64,000 bases of DNA. It comes from Salpingoeca rosetta (Eukaryota; Protista; Choanoflagellata). The DNA lies in contig JAWQFM010000015.1 in assembly GCA_033442325.1 (NCBI GenBank), positions 719,494-783,493 on the forward strand, read 5' to 3'. Below are positions 1 to 16,226 of the stretch, piece by piece (position 1 is the stretch's first letter; each line of letters begins with the position of its first letter). A program made the translations under genes and the position numbers. The notes under the pieces were generated by a model. It saw nothing but the letters and a program-made list of their open reading frames with translations. It did no database searches and was not told where the DNA came from.

Positions 1-282
1 GAGGCGCATCACGGACGCGGGGTGGGGTGGTCGTTTCGTATAGAGGAAATGTGTGTGCGTGTGGAGGTAGATGGAAAGAAAGGTGAATGTATATGTGTGT
101 GTGTGGATGTGTGTATGTGTGGATGTATGTGTGGGTGCATGAGCGGCTCCAAGTCCCATGGTTTTGCTTTCCCGGCGCGACCAGATGGCGTGATCCATCC
201 CTTGTGTTTTTCCACCCCTCACCTCCATGCACTCCTCCCCCCCCCCCAACCCTCGCTCCTTCCACAAGTGCCTCGTGTCCAG

Positions 283-395
283 ACTGGGGACTTTATCGGG
301 TGACTGGAGAAGTTTTCCTCCTGCGACGCCGTAAAGTTTGTGCTGCAGGTGAGTTCGGCAATGCCCTGGTCGTGCAAGAGCTCACACCACGTTTG

Positions 396-450
<55 letters not shown>

Positions 451-2489
451 CATAAGTGCACTGCAGTGTCAGCTGTGGGACTGCCGCTCCCACATTGCAG
501 CTGTGCCTTGCACATGTAGCGTTTCAAGTCTCGTTCTCAAACCCCGTCTCTTCGCATACCGCCCCTCTTTCTCACCATCGTGCCCGCCACGGCCTGCAAC
601 CTTGCCCCCCTTCTGCCACCAACACCTGCCCCCGCCCCAACATCTCACTGTCAAACCATCAGGCGCCGTATGCGTGCGATGAGAAGAAGTCTGTGTTCAG
701 TCAACTCATCGCCCGCACCCTCATCAAGGCCGTTCAGTCAATCAAGGTGTGGGCAGCCGTGGCGCTGGACAGCGGTGGTGTCATGTGCTGTCGTGTGTTG
801 GTGTGTATTATGCCGTGTGTTGATGTGTATTGTGCCGTGTGTTGGTGTGTATTATGCCGTGTGTTGGTGTGTATTGTGCCGTGTGTTGGTGTGTATTGTG
901 CTGTATGTTGGTGTGTTGTGTTGTATGGTTGAGCGTGCTTCCTTCCTGGTTGCGCCACTGCATTGCGTACACCCGTGCTGCTTCTCACAATCGTGTTGCA
1001 TTCCACTCCTGGTCATCCACCCGCACTTCCTCCAAATCCCCATCGGCTGTCCAGGCGGTGGTTGAGGGTGGGCAGAGCGTGGACGAGGATGTGCGCGCGG
1101 CAAGCGGCAACACGGCGAGTGTGGAGTATCACGACACGGTCATCCAGCAGTTCAAGGACCTGATTCGCTCCCAGGACGAAGAGCTCAGGAAACTCAGGGC
1201 TGAGAAGGCGCAGCAGCAACAACAGCAGCAGCAGCAACAGGGTGGTGGTGATAATGATGCGGTGAAGTCGTTGCAGGAGCACGTGGCAGCGCTGCAGTCC
1301 CAACTGGTGAGGTGTTGCGTGTATGTTTGTGTTTGTGTATATGTATGTGTTTGTGTTTGTTTGTGTGTGTGTGTGTGTTGTGGTGTGTGTGTGTGTCAGT
1401 GGGCTTGGAGTTGATGAGAGTGTTTGCTTGAGCGACACTCACAGTCGTATCCCCACACCTGCACACGTTTGTTGTAGACGGAGCGCGACACGACGATTGC
1501 GTCGCTGCAGTCGTCTCTCCAGCAGGCACAACACACACAAGGCGAAGAACAACAAGACAACAAGAACACAGAAGGAGGAGGAGAACAAAACGCACTCGAG
1601 TGGAACAAGCTGCGGGAACAGAACACGGCCCTCGCACGACACGTGTCCGAGTTGCGGGAAAAGCTTCGCGCAGCGCAGCAGAACACGCACGCGCAAGGCG
1701 AGAACGGCGGTGTTGGCGCGGAAAGCGCGGGAAAGGGCGAAGGGCAGCAGCAGCAGCAGCTGATTATGGAGAAGGATGCGCTGATTGAAGAGCAGAGAGG
1801 GCAGATCTCGCGCCTGCAGGATCAGCTGACTGCTGCAAACGACCAACGGCAACAGGCAGAGGACCGCGCACACTCGCTCGAGAAAGAGTGCGTGTATGTG
1901 TTTGTATGTGTGTGAATCTGTGTGTGTGTTTGTACGTGTGTGAATCTGTGTATGTGTGTGTGTGTGTCATTGCTCTCGTCAGTCTGCTAGATAACGTGTT
2001 CTTAACCCGTTGCCTTCCTCTCTCCGAATGCAGGGCGGAGGTGACGGCGAAGCGGTTGAAGGAGCTGGATGACACGCACCAGGAGCTGCTCATCGTCTTG
2101 GCAGAGGAGGTGCGAAGACGTGGTGGGGTGTAGAAAGCGGACAATGGCGCTGTTGTTGTTCTTGCACACGAAACATGTTGGCTTCCCGTCATCACTACAC
2201 TGCTCACACAACCACTGTTCTCTCTGTCTCTGCCTCTCTGTGTGTGTCTCTGTCTTCTGTCACACACATACACACACTGCTCACACACACTGCTAACACA
2301 CACTGCTAACACACACACACACACACATACCCCCCCCCCAAACAGCACGAGAAGCTGCAGGAGTACCGGCAGCGGCTGTTGGATAACCAGATTGAGGTGA
2401 CGGACGACGAAGACGATCTCGACACGACGGGGATGGGCGACGATGATGAGGAGGATGAGGATGATGAGGAGGATGAGGAGGGCAACTGA
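283..2489 (+). CDS. USO1: General vesicular transport factor p115/Uso1, 3' part (5' end lies outside the window); exons ~283-348, 663-746, 1055-1306, 1478-1887, 2034-2109, 2346-2489
   Basis: HDTVIQQFKDLIRSQDEELRKL resembles the p115 head/coil junction. This is followed by a long coiled coil, ELDDTHQELLIVLAEE|HEKLQEYRQRL (Uso1_p115_C-like) and an acidic tail. GT-AG phases are consistent. The 283-348 exon has an in-frame TGA at 301-303. Confidence 0.85.
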
Positions 2490-2664
2490 TAGTGAATGTT
2501 GATGTGTCGGTCGGTGTGTCTTGCCCTGTGTGGGCATGTCTTTGTTGTTTTGCATGGTTGTGTTGGCAATAGACAGTTCATTTCGCATGTACCAAGAAAC
2601 GAAGGCGAGCAAGGGCGTAACGGCAACAGCAGGGTGGTTGGAGCAAGGCAAGCAGCGACGTTAG

Positions 2665-3970
<1,306 letters not shown>

Positions 3971-4532
3971 CGTCGTCGTTGTCGAAGCAGCAGTGGTTTT
4001 TGGTCGTTGTTGTTGTTGTTGTTGTTTTGCCACAGGAGCACAAAACTCTGTGTCTGCTGCTGAGCGCAGGCTCATCATTCTCACCTCACAGCCTGCGCCC
4101 CCTCCTCACTTCTCCTTTCTTCACATGCACTGAAGGCATTGACAAGAACCAAGATGTAGTAACGGATGCAGAGCTTGTGCTTGTGGGAAGAGAACAAGAG
4201 AACAAGTCGTTGTGAAGCGATGGAAAGAACAGACGCTGCACAAAGGACAATGTGTTGTGTTGAAATGACGACTATGAAGGGGCGCAATGTCAGAGTTCCC
4301 ACAAAAGGGACAAAGACGTGGCTGAGAGGGGCAGAGGGAGAGAGGGGCAGATGGCCGTGTTACGCAAATGGCACAAGGTACCACGCAGCATGCACGCGAC
4401 GGAACACTCAGGAACTAAGCTTCGCACGTAGAGCGCGGGTACAACACTTGACATTGCTATCCGCAGTGAATGCACAGATGCACGACGTCATGCACACACA
4501 CACACAGGCACAGACAGACAGACACAGACAGA

Positions 4533-4630
<98 letters not shown>

Positions 4631-4641
4631 CACAAACATCA

Positions 4642-6903
<2,262 letters not shown>

Positions 6904-7399
6904 TGTTGCAGGGTGGGGCAGTGTGGTGTGGAGATGGAAGCTGGAAAGCGGGCAAAACAAGGTGGTGGGAGATGCAAATGCGTGGACACCAAAATGAGGC
7001 TTTGCGCTTGGCGGCTTTGTGCTTGGCCAGGCTCAGCTTTTTTTTTTCTGGCTTGGCATGTTGTTGCTTGCTTGAAGAATGTTTGCTGCGAAACTTTGCA
7101 ATGTTCTTGAAATTTGGAAAGTCTTCTTTTGGATTTGGCAAGGGAGGCGCCCGATGTCAAAAATTAAAAAAAGGGAGAGCGCTGCGACGAAACCCAGCAT
7201 GCAGAAGCAACACACCAAACACGAGCAACACTCCATTGTGACGCAACCCAAATGCTGAGCCTTGTGCCATCCACAAGCACAAGAGCACAGACCAACAACA
7301 ACAGGCCAAAGGCCAACCAGGCATCAAGCAAGCCACATTTACATGTAACTCGTCGCTCCTCGCCAAACTCATTTCTCAGACAACAAGCCGACACCAACT
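6904..7399. promoter_or_regulatory. Probable bidirectional promoter between the PNP effector and the Roco gene
   Basis: 496 bp between divergent ATGs (6903 minus, 7400 plus), free of microsatellites. Confidence 0.55.
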
Positions 7400-8178
7400 A
7401 TGGACAACGACAACGGCTCTTCTTCAGCGCCCACAACACCGCCGCAATGGCTTGATACCCTCGTCCACGACCTCGAGCATGACACGGCGCTCAGCGCGAG
7501 GTGTGCCTCCAGGCCACCAGGCCCCTGCCTGCTTGCCTGTTTGCGAGTGTCGTGCATTTGTGCATTTGCATGAAGCCTTCACGGCTCCACGTTCCTTCGC
7601 ATCACTGAGTCACTGCCCCACTCCCATCAAGCCGTCATCAGTTCCTGCAGTTCGTATTGATTGTAACCCTAAGCTAAGACTCTAAGACTGTTGCTTCTTC
7701 TTTGGGTGCTGCTAATCTTGTGCTTCCCCCGTCCCTGCCCTCCTTCCCGTCCCTTTTCATGCCCCTCCTTGCTCCTCCCACACCTCGAATACAGCGTGGT
7801 GTTCGAAGACTTCCCCCCTTCCATGCAACGACGCTTCGTGGAAGCCCTGGCCAAGAACACTTCTGTCCAGTCCATCGAGTCAGTCTGACATCCTTTTTGC
7901 AACAGAGCTCACGATGTGCTTTGTGATTCCTCATGTGGTTTAGTTGTGAACAATTCGAAAGATGGCCCGTTCTGTCCTGTTGTCGCTGCCTCCCCTCACC
8001 CTGTAGGTTCACTCACCTACCTTATTGCTTGTGCTGTGGTTGCGCAGGATTATTGCTTCACCCCTCTCGGTGATCAACTTGCAGCTATTGGCTGAGACAA
8101 CCCCTTCCCTCCCACACGTTCATTCCCTCGAGTACGTTAAGTCAAAGAACCCGTGCTCGGTTCAGCCACAACTTGTGC

Positions 8179-8242
<64 letters not shown>

Positions 8243-9472
8243 CGTGTGGCGTGTGGCGGGTGCGTGGGCGCTTGCGTGTGAACGCGAAGCCCTCGTCTCT
8301 GCTACATTTGTCCAGCAAATGCTCCACACCAAGTTATGTCTCTCCGACATACCGCACCCGCACTCACATCATTTCATCTTGAAACAACCCCATCTTACAG
8401 CCTTGTTGACAACAATTTCGACACCGACTTTGACAAGCCTCTTGCTTCCCTGCTTGCCAAGCTGCCCAACCTGGAGAGCCTCAGGTCAGGCTCACATGTG
8501 CGCTGGCCCCTGCACCTACGGGCAGGTTGCACACCACGTGTTCCTTTTTGCTCATCTGAATCACACACACACATACACACACACACTCTCTCACTCACAC
8601 ACACTCACACACACTCACACACACATGCACTCATGCGTACCTGCACACATACATGCACACGTTTCAGATTGAATGGATGCAATCTCCAATCACAGGCGGC
8701 CATCGTGCTGGCAGAGCCACTGGCCAACTTGAAGGAGCTGCGTCGCATTCAGTGCGTTTGTAATTGTGAACGTTTCGAAGTGAATGCACTGCTTAAGGGT
8801 CTGGTGTCTGTTGTGCTTCCAGCTGCACTGCCGCTCATGGACTTTCCCAATCAACACAGGCTGGCTTCAGACAACTTGGACGACGACAGCATTCGAGTGT
8901 TGGCAAAGTCACTCGCAAACCTGCCGAACCTTCACCAGATCAAGTGCGAGCGTACTCTTGGTTCATATCGCCGCATGCATGTGTGCACACACATGTGCAC
9001 ATGCACACAACATACGCCCACCATATGCACGCAATCTTCACGCACACACACACACATGCTTGGACACACGCACATATTTCCCTCACATTCTCACGGCATC
9101 AACGCACTCACGCACGTCGGCCTTCAGTCTGGATGGCAACCGCATCACGGCAGTGGGAGCGCAAGCCGTGATCGAAACTGCGTGCAAGCTCGAGCACTTT
9201 GACGCCCTTCGGTATTTTGCCCATGCCCCCTTTGCTCTGTAATGCTGCTGTCGCTTCCCCCTCCTTTGAGGTTCTCTCTCTTCTCTCTCTCCCTCGATGC
9301 TCACAAACTGTGTCATTGCGTGTGCACACAAACACGCAGCTTGAATGACAACCTCATCACCAGCGTTGGATTCCAGGAAGCTGCGGCCATGCTCAAGAGC
9401 TTGAAGCACCTGCGATACCTCGAGTATGAAGCATTCCAGCCTATACACCAATAAGCAGACACAAGCACACAT

Positions 9473-9508
<36 letters not shown>

Positions 9509-12500
9509 AACACACGCACACACACACGCACACACACACACAGGAACACACACAGGAACACACACACACACACACAGAGAACACACACACACACACACAC
9601 ACAGGAACACACACACACACACACAGAGGAACACACACACACATATATTCACATATTCACGCACATATTTACGCACATGCGCAGTTGTTACACAAGCACA
9701 CATGCAAGTGTGTCTGTGGAATGTTGCCATATCTCACCCGATGTGCACCACCTCAACATCTCCTGACTCGCATACACGTGTAGTTTCCGGAACAATGGCC
9801 TCAGCTGTGATGGGGTGAAGATGCTGACCCAGTCCTTTCCGCAGCTGACAGAATTGCAGAAGCTCTTGTAAGTCATTTTGAACTGTAAACCGTGATCTGT
9901 GTCGTCAATGGAGCGATGCTTCATCTGCACCACTTGAAATACTCCTCATTTCAACACTGTGATGTTTCATTCTTGATTAGCTTGGACGGAAATCGAATTG
10001 GTACCGAAGGCGTGCGTGTGCTGGCTCCAGTCGTGGGCAGCATGGACTCTCTGCAGGAACTCGAGTACGTCTCCATTCCACTGCAAAGAAGCTGCAATCA
10101 ACTCACGTGATGCTTCATGTGTCACTGCCATCCCCATTCATGTTACTACCCTTGCAACGCTTCCACCTTGCCTTGCGACTTCGCCTCTTTGGCTTACCAT
10201 CAATTATGCACCAAACCCATGACCTGCACACCCTAGTTTGACAAACAACGGCATCACACATCTTGGCCCTGAGTTTCTGGCAACAACGAACATTTACCAG
10301 ATTGGCTTTGAAGGCAACCCCTTGGTCTGTCCGCCGGCGCACATCGTCGTCCACAGCCGCGCCATGACGTATGCGTACCTGCGTGCCGTTTCACAGGGGT
10401 CTGAGTTGCTGACGCGATCGCGGCTGGTGTTCATTGGTGATGGCGGTGTTGGCAAAACCACCCTCAAGACGGCTCTGCTCATGCTCCACAGTGCAGACCG
10501 CGCACACGTGCTCAATGTGGTCAGGCAAGCCATCAAGAAGGCGTTCAGCAAGTACACAGAGGCCGACTTCCGCGAATGGGTGGACCATGACCTCAACCCC
10601 AGCGACCAACCTGGTTTCTTTGACCAGTGCTGCCAAAAAGCCAAGGGCATCACGGGGAAACTGTGGCTTAAAAGCCCGGACGACAAGCTGCGAGCTTGGT
10701 TTGGCGGAGACGCTGGTACGGCTCAAGCAGAGCAAATTGTGGATCGCATGCTACAGGCACGCCAATTCATTCTCGCAAGTGGTGCAACTGCACCACAGTC
10801 GCCACCAGGTCAAGGCGATGCACCACCTTTCGAGCCCTTGCTCTACATGCCGCACGTGTGGACGGAAGGGGTCGAAGTTGACCACTGGGATGCCCACGAC
10901 TTTGAAATCTGGGACTTTGCCGGGGAGCTGGAGTTCTTCCCCACCCATGAGCTCTTCCTCGCCTCACACATGGCCGTGTATTTGCTTGTGTTTGACGCGT
11001 CCCAGGGCTTTGATCACGCCCTTGCGCGCGTGTGTCTGTGGCTGGAGCTGCTACGCACATGCACGCCTCCTGCGCTGGGCCACAACCACGACCACGTGCA
11101 AGTCCGCCTTGTTGCCACAAAGGACGTGTCGTTTTCACTCGATTACTTCCGATCTGAGGTGAAGCATCACGCAAGCAGCTGCTTTGACCTTGGGCCAAAG
11201 TGCTACAGAATCGAATACACCGAAGCTGATGGTGGGGACCTGATGGACCTTGACACGGAGCTTGCCAGGCTTCGCACCGAAGGCGTGCCGTACTTTCACG
11301 TGCCAACAGGGCTGACTGATATCAAGAAACACATCCAAGAAATGGCGAGAGCACATGCGACGAGGGATTGGCCAGTGGTCAATGTGAGCACCATCGACTG
11401 GAAGCACAACCACCCCGAACTTGCCGTTCTGTTTCTGCTTCACACGGCCGTCATTTACCCTGTGCCGGGAAACCCGTCCATGATCGTGCTGGACCCGATG
11501 GTGTGGCTTACCAAGCTACTGTCAGCGCTGCTGCACCCCTTGCATGGGCTCAGCTTGTCCTTTGATGCGGCTTCGCCCCAAGCGTCGTCATCCCAGATAC
11601 ATCTGCCTGCTGTGGACACCTCCCATGTGCTTAGCTCACTGGCCCAACGTGACTTGCACATTCCGCAACAGCAAAGACACCTGCTGCTGCCGTTCCTGTC
11701 CTCATTCAACATTTGCTTCTCAGTGAACACAGCACAAACGCTCTACACGTTTCCGTCCCTGCTCCCACGCCGCGACGTTCACCCAGGCATCATCACTGCC
11801 ATCCACAATACTGTGCCTGGGCTCGCAGCCTCGCAGCGTGTCGTGTTGGGCCGCCGGCTGCAATGCTTTGAGGAGCACGAGTGGCTGCCCCCAACAGCCT
11901 GGCCGTTGGTTGTGAAAGAGCTCTTTGCTGCTGTGAACGAAGCAGGTGCAACGCCGCTTCACTTGAGCGCAGGCATATTCATCGCACAAGTGGATTTGGC
12001 AAACTACATCGTTGCAAGCCTGACCCTTCTCAAGCATCGGCGCTGCGTTGACATTGTTGCTGTCGGCAGTCAGTCTGAGGTCCTTTTGCACACGGCCATG
12101 CTGTGTGTTGTGAAAGTGTTGCGCGACCACTTTCCTTCCCTCCACCTACAAAAGCGCTGCTTGATGGTGGCATCGCAACATGACCACGATCAGGAGCAAC
12201 ATGCCGTGCTCCAATTGAGCATCGTATCCCACTCCGTGTACACGGAGAAGAAGGCGGTGGACCCTCAGGATGTCCTGCAGCAGCTCCCAACATCAGATAG
12301 TGGTCCACTGTCCACCACATACGCCCAGCGCCTTCGGCAGTTGCTGACAGTCGAAGATCACAGTGACAGTCCACCAATTCGGCGCTGGGATGCTCACTGG
12401 GTGTGTTTGTTGACTGATCCCAAGCTGGTGTCCGAGACAAACATCCCAAAGGCGAAACAGAATGCCGAGACCAGGAGCATGTTTGCTGATGTCTGTGAAC

Positions 12501-12754
12501 AACTTCTTCACCTCAGCGAGCAGGAACGAGTGGTGCTGAGTACCCACTGCGGTCTGCATAACAAACCCTTGGATGGGTCGAGCATGGTACTTGCGCTCAA
12601 ATCAACCTGTCCAATCGGGTCAACGGTGCCCTATCTCAGCGAGGACAGCGATCTGCAGCCCCTGCACGACGCGATCGAGCGCAGGATTGGGCATGAGCAC
12701 ATAACCTGTGTGATCATTCGCGAACGCCAAGCAAAGCTGAAGACACTTCCATGA
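7400..12754 (+). CDS. Roco protein: RI-type LRRs - ROC GTPase (with SAM-like insertion) - COR-like - C-terminal death-fold-like domain, ~1124 aa; exons 7400-7500, nine 84-nt exons (starts 7795, 8048, 8401, 8668, 8860, 9128, 9340, 9784, 9981), 10237-12754
   Basis: 28-aa LRRs such as LDGNRIGTEGVRVLAPVVGSMDSLQELE. P-loop RLVFIGDGGVGKTTL, switch I WTEGVEV, G3 IWDFAGELEFFPTHELFL, G4 LVATKD. COR-like motifs IVLDPMVWLTKLL and YTFPSLLP. All introns are phase 2; total 3375 nt. Confidence 0.88.
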
Positions 12755-12778
12755 GCGTGAAGACGTGTGTGTGTTTGC

Positions 12779-12855
<77 letters not shown>

Positions 12856-13384
12856 GTGTTGTCGTGTTAATTTGCGTCAGCAAATGTTGTGCCGGAGCTG
12901 ACAGCTGCTCGTCCCAGCGTCTCCTTTGCAATGGCCCTCTCGATCTTTGCCAACGTGGTTGATACCAGCGCTGTTCCTCCAATCCATGCACACTTTTCTT
13001 GTTCCCGTGCACCCCGTGTTAAACCGAGGTTGCCGTTTGTTCTGTCTGCTGTTTGCTGTGAAATCACATGTTTCGCGCACGCACTCAGCCTTTGTCTTCT
13101 TGCCTGTCGCTTCACGAAACGACGTGTGTAATTGATGTGAAGCTGAAACATAACAGCAGTGACAAAACCCAAACAGGGAAAGGGGCAACCGCATTCACCA
13201 TCAGTAACGCCAAACTGCATTCACACCATCAGCAACGCAAACACGATTGAATGCAACACCGACCCAAACCAGCATGCAAAACACAAGTACACACACACAC
13301 ACGCAGACACACACACACACGCAAGCACACGCACACGCACACGTACACACAGACACACAGGCACACACACACACCCTCTGTTGA

Positions 13385-16160
13385 CTACTCCGCCGCCATC
13401 TTGGCGCCGAGCTGGGCGAGCAGCTGGCGCGCGGCGCTGGGAAGACCGACGCAGCCCACGACGGAGGTGCTGCTGTTGGTGACAAAGGTAGGGCGGGTCA
13501 CCCACTGCAGCTTGCTGCCGCCCTTGTCGAGCCCATACACATCCAGGCCAGCCAGACCCGTCTTCTGGCACAGCAGCTGCTTCCAATCCTGCGAGATGAT
13601 TGGTGTGCCCAGGCCACTGAAGAAGCTCTCCACCACAGCCTCAACCTGGATGTTTGTGGGCGTGTGTGTGTGTGTGTGTGTGTGGGGGGGGGAGTTGATG
13701 TGGTGAGATTAGCCAAGGGAGAAAAGAAGCAAGGTCACACAGTTCTACAGACGAACAGACGGACGAAAAAACAGACAAGAGAGACAGAGAGACAAACACA
13801 CACACAGACACACACACATACAACAGACACACGCACATACAGACACACGCACACATACAGACACACACACACACACAATCGCACACACGCACAGACAGGC
13901 ACACACACATACAGACGCACACACACAATCACACATACAGACGCACACACAATCACTCACACACACAGTCACAACGCCCGCCGACGCAAGCACCCTTCGC
14001 TCTTCCTCACACAACACGTTACTGATGCCCACCTCAAAGTTGTCAATGTTGCGGAGGGTGAGGGTGGTTCCATTGCGCTCACACAGGACGGCATGCGTGC
14101 GGCTGCACACGTACGCCATGCCGAGCTGGTCGGCGGAGGCAAAGCTCGTGTTGGCGGCGCCCACTTCTGCAGGCGATGCACCAGAGACGTCATATGTCTT
14201 GACGGTCTTGCTGCCCTTCTCAACCACCACCAGCTGGTCCTTGCAGTTGAACCCAAACTCAATGTCCTTCGATGGGAGGTTGCAGGTTGGCTTGCGCGTG
14301 GAAACATCAAACACAATCAGCTTGCCATCGCTGGCCGTGGTTGCCGCGTACTTGCCGCTCGGCGACAGCATGGCATTCCACACGTGGTCGTGCGTGTGCC
14401 CATCAAGGGTGCCCAGCAGCTTGCCCTGCTCCAGGTCGTACAGCAGCGACGTGCGCCACAGCGTCGTCGCCACCATGAACCGGAAGTCTGCGCTGATGGC
14501 CAGCGTGTTGCCGTGGAAGTGCGTTGGAGACCAGCGGCGCAGCACCTCAAGCTCCTGCACAACAGCGCCGCCCTTCTCCACGTCCACCCGTGGGATGGGC
14601 AGGCACCCGGACGAGTTGAGCCCGATGTACACGCTCTTGTCGTCCTTGGCCGTGGCCAGCCCGCGCGTCGTGCCGTCCATGTAGCTGCCATTCAGGCTGG
14701 GCATCAGCTCGCCCGTGTGGCGGTTCCACACCCCGAGCCGGCGCGGGTGCACGTTGTGTGTGCCCACAACGTAGTCTGAGACGGTCTGCACGCACCAGCA
14801 GCCCTCGGACGCCGTCACCTCTGTGGCGTTGGGCGTGTACGTGATGGCCGGCAGCGCATTGGCCTGCGCCAGGCTCCACAGCTTCATCGACTTGCCAGAG
14901 GTGCTGAGCAGGTTGCTGTTGCTGAGAAACTGCACGTGGCTGATGCCGCCCACGTGCCCACGCAGCACCACCTGCAGCGTGCCCTCGCCCGTCTCGTACA
15001 CGCACACCGTCTTTGCGCCGCCGGCCGTCGCCACGAGCGACTCGTCCGCAGAAAAGGCAACCGCGCCAAGCTTGCCGACATCGTGTCCGACAAGTCTAGC
15101 CACGCGCACGCCGTCTGAGAGGCGCCACAGCGACGCGCAGCTGTGCGGGCTCCAGCTCCACCCGTGCGTGTCGTCCACCGTCACGCAGTACTTCTCCTTT
15201 GGCGACACAACCAAAAGGTTTGGATGGTGCTCGCCACTATTCACGTTCCTGATGGTGGAAATCACTTCCCCTGGACGGTTGGAGGACAAGAGAGTGTGTG
15301 TGTGTGACAGGGGGGGGGAAGGGAGACCCGTGTGTGGATGTGAGACAAGTGATATAGTTTTGGAATGAGAAACACTGACAGGCTCCGACAGCCATGCTTA
15401 CGGGCTACGTCTACGTCCATATCACAAAACACACACACACACACACACAGCGCAAAAAAGCAAAAGGTCCCCTTCACCAAACACACAAACACATACACAT
15501 AACACATCAATGCACCTTTCTCGAGGTCCCATGTGCACATGGTCTTGTCGAGGGACAAGGAGAGGAACTGGGTGCTGTTCTTGAGGAAGGAGACGCAGGC
15601 AACCCACAGGTTGTGGTGGCGCAGCAGGCGCGGGGCAGTGCCCTCTGGTGCAGCGAGATCGTACAGATACATGGGCCCAGGCAGCTCCACGTCACCCTCA
15701 CCCTCGTATCCAAAGATACTCAGCGGATGCACAAAGACAACAGCGTAGCGGCCGTTTGGTGACAGCTCGCACTTCACAAAGTCAATCTCGCCTACGGTGG
15801 GGATTGAGGAATTTGGGGGAGGAGGAGGAGGAGGAGGAGGAGGATTTGGGGAGGAGGAGGAGGAGGAGGAGGAGGAGGAGGAGGAGGAGGAGGAGGAGGA
15901 GGAGGAGGATTTGGGGAGGAGGAGGAGGAGGAGGAGGAGGAGGAGGAGGAGGAGGAGGAGGAGGAGGAAGTGAGAGGATGCTATGATCAGGACGACCCTC
16001 GCGAATGGCGTGCACGCACGTAAGGCCAGATTGGGGAAGCGAATGACACACAAACAAACACACACACACACACACAGACCCCCCCCCCCCACACACACAC
16101 ACAGACGCACGCACGCACACACAGACCCACAGACGCACGCACGCACACACAGACCCACAG

Positions 16161-16226
<66 letters not shown>

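Noticed and set aside
770-930. Imperfect ~24-bp tandem repeat (TGCCGTGTGTTGGTGTGTATT...) superficially like a CRISPR array
   Set aside because: No unique spacers, it lies in a eukaryotic intron, and there are no cas genes; it is a minisatellite.
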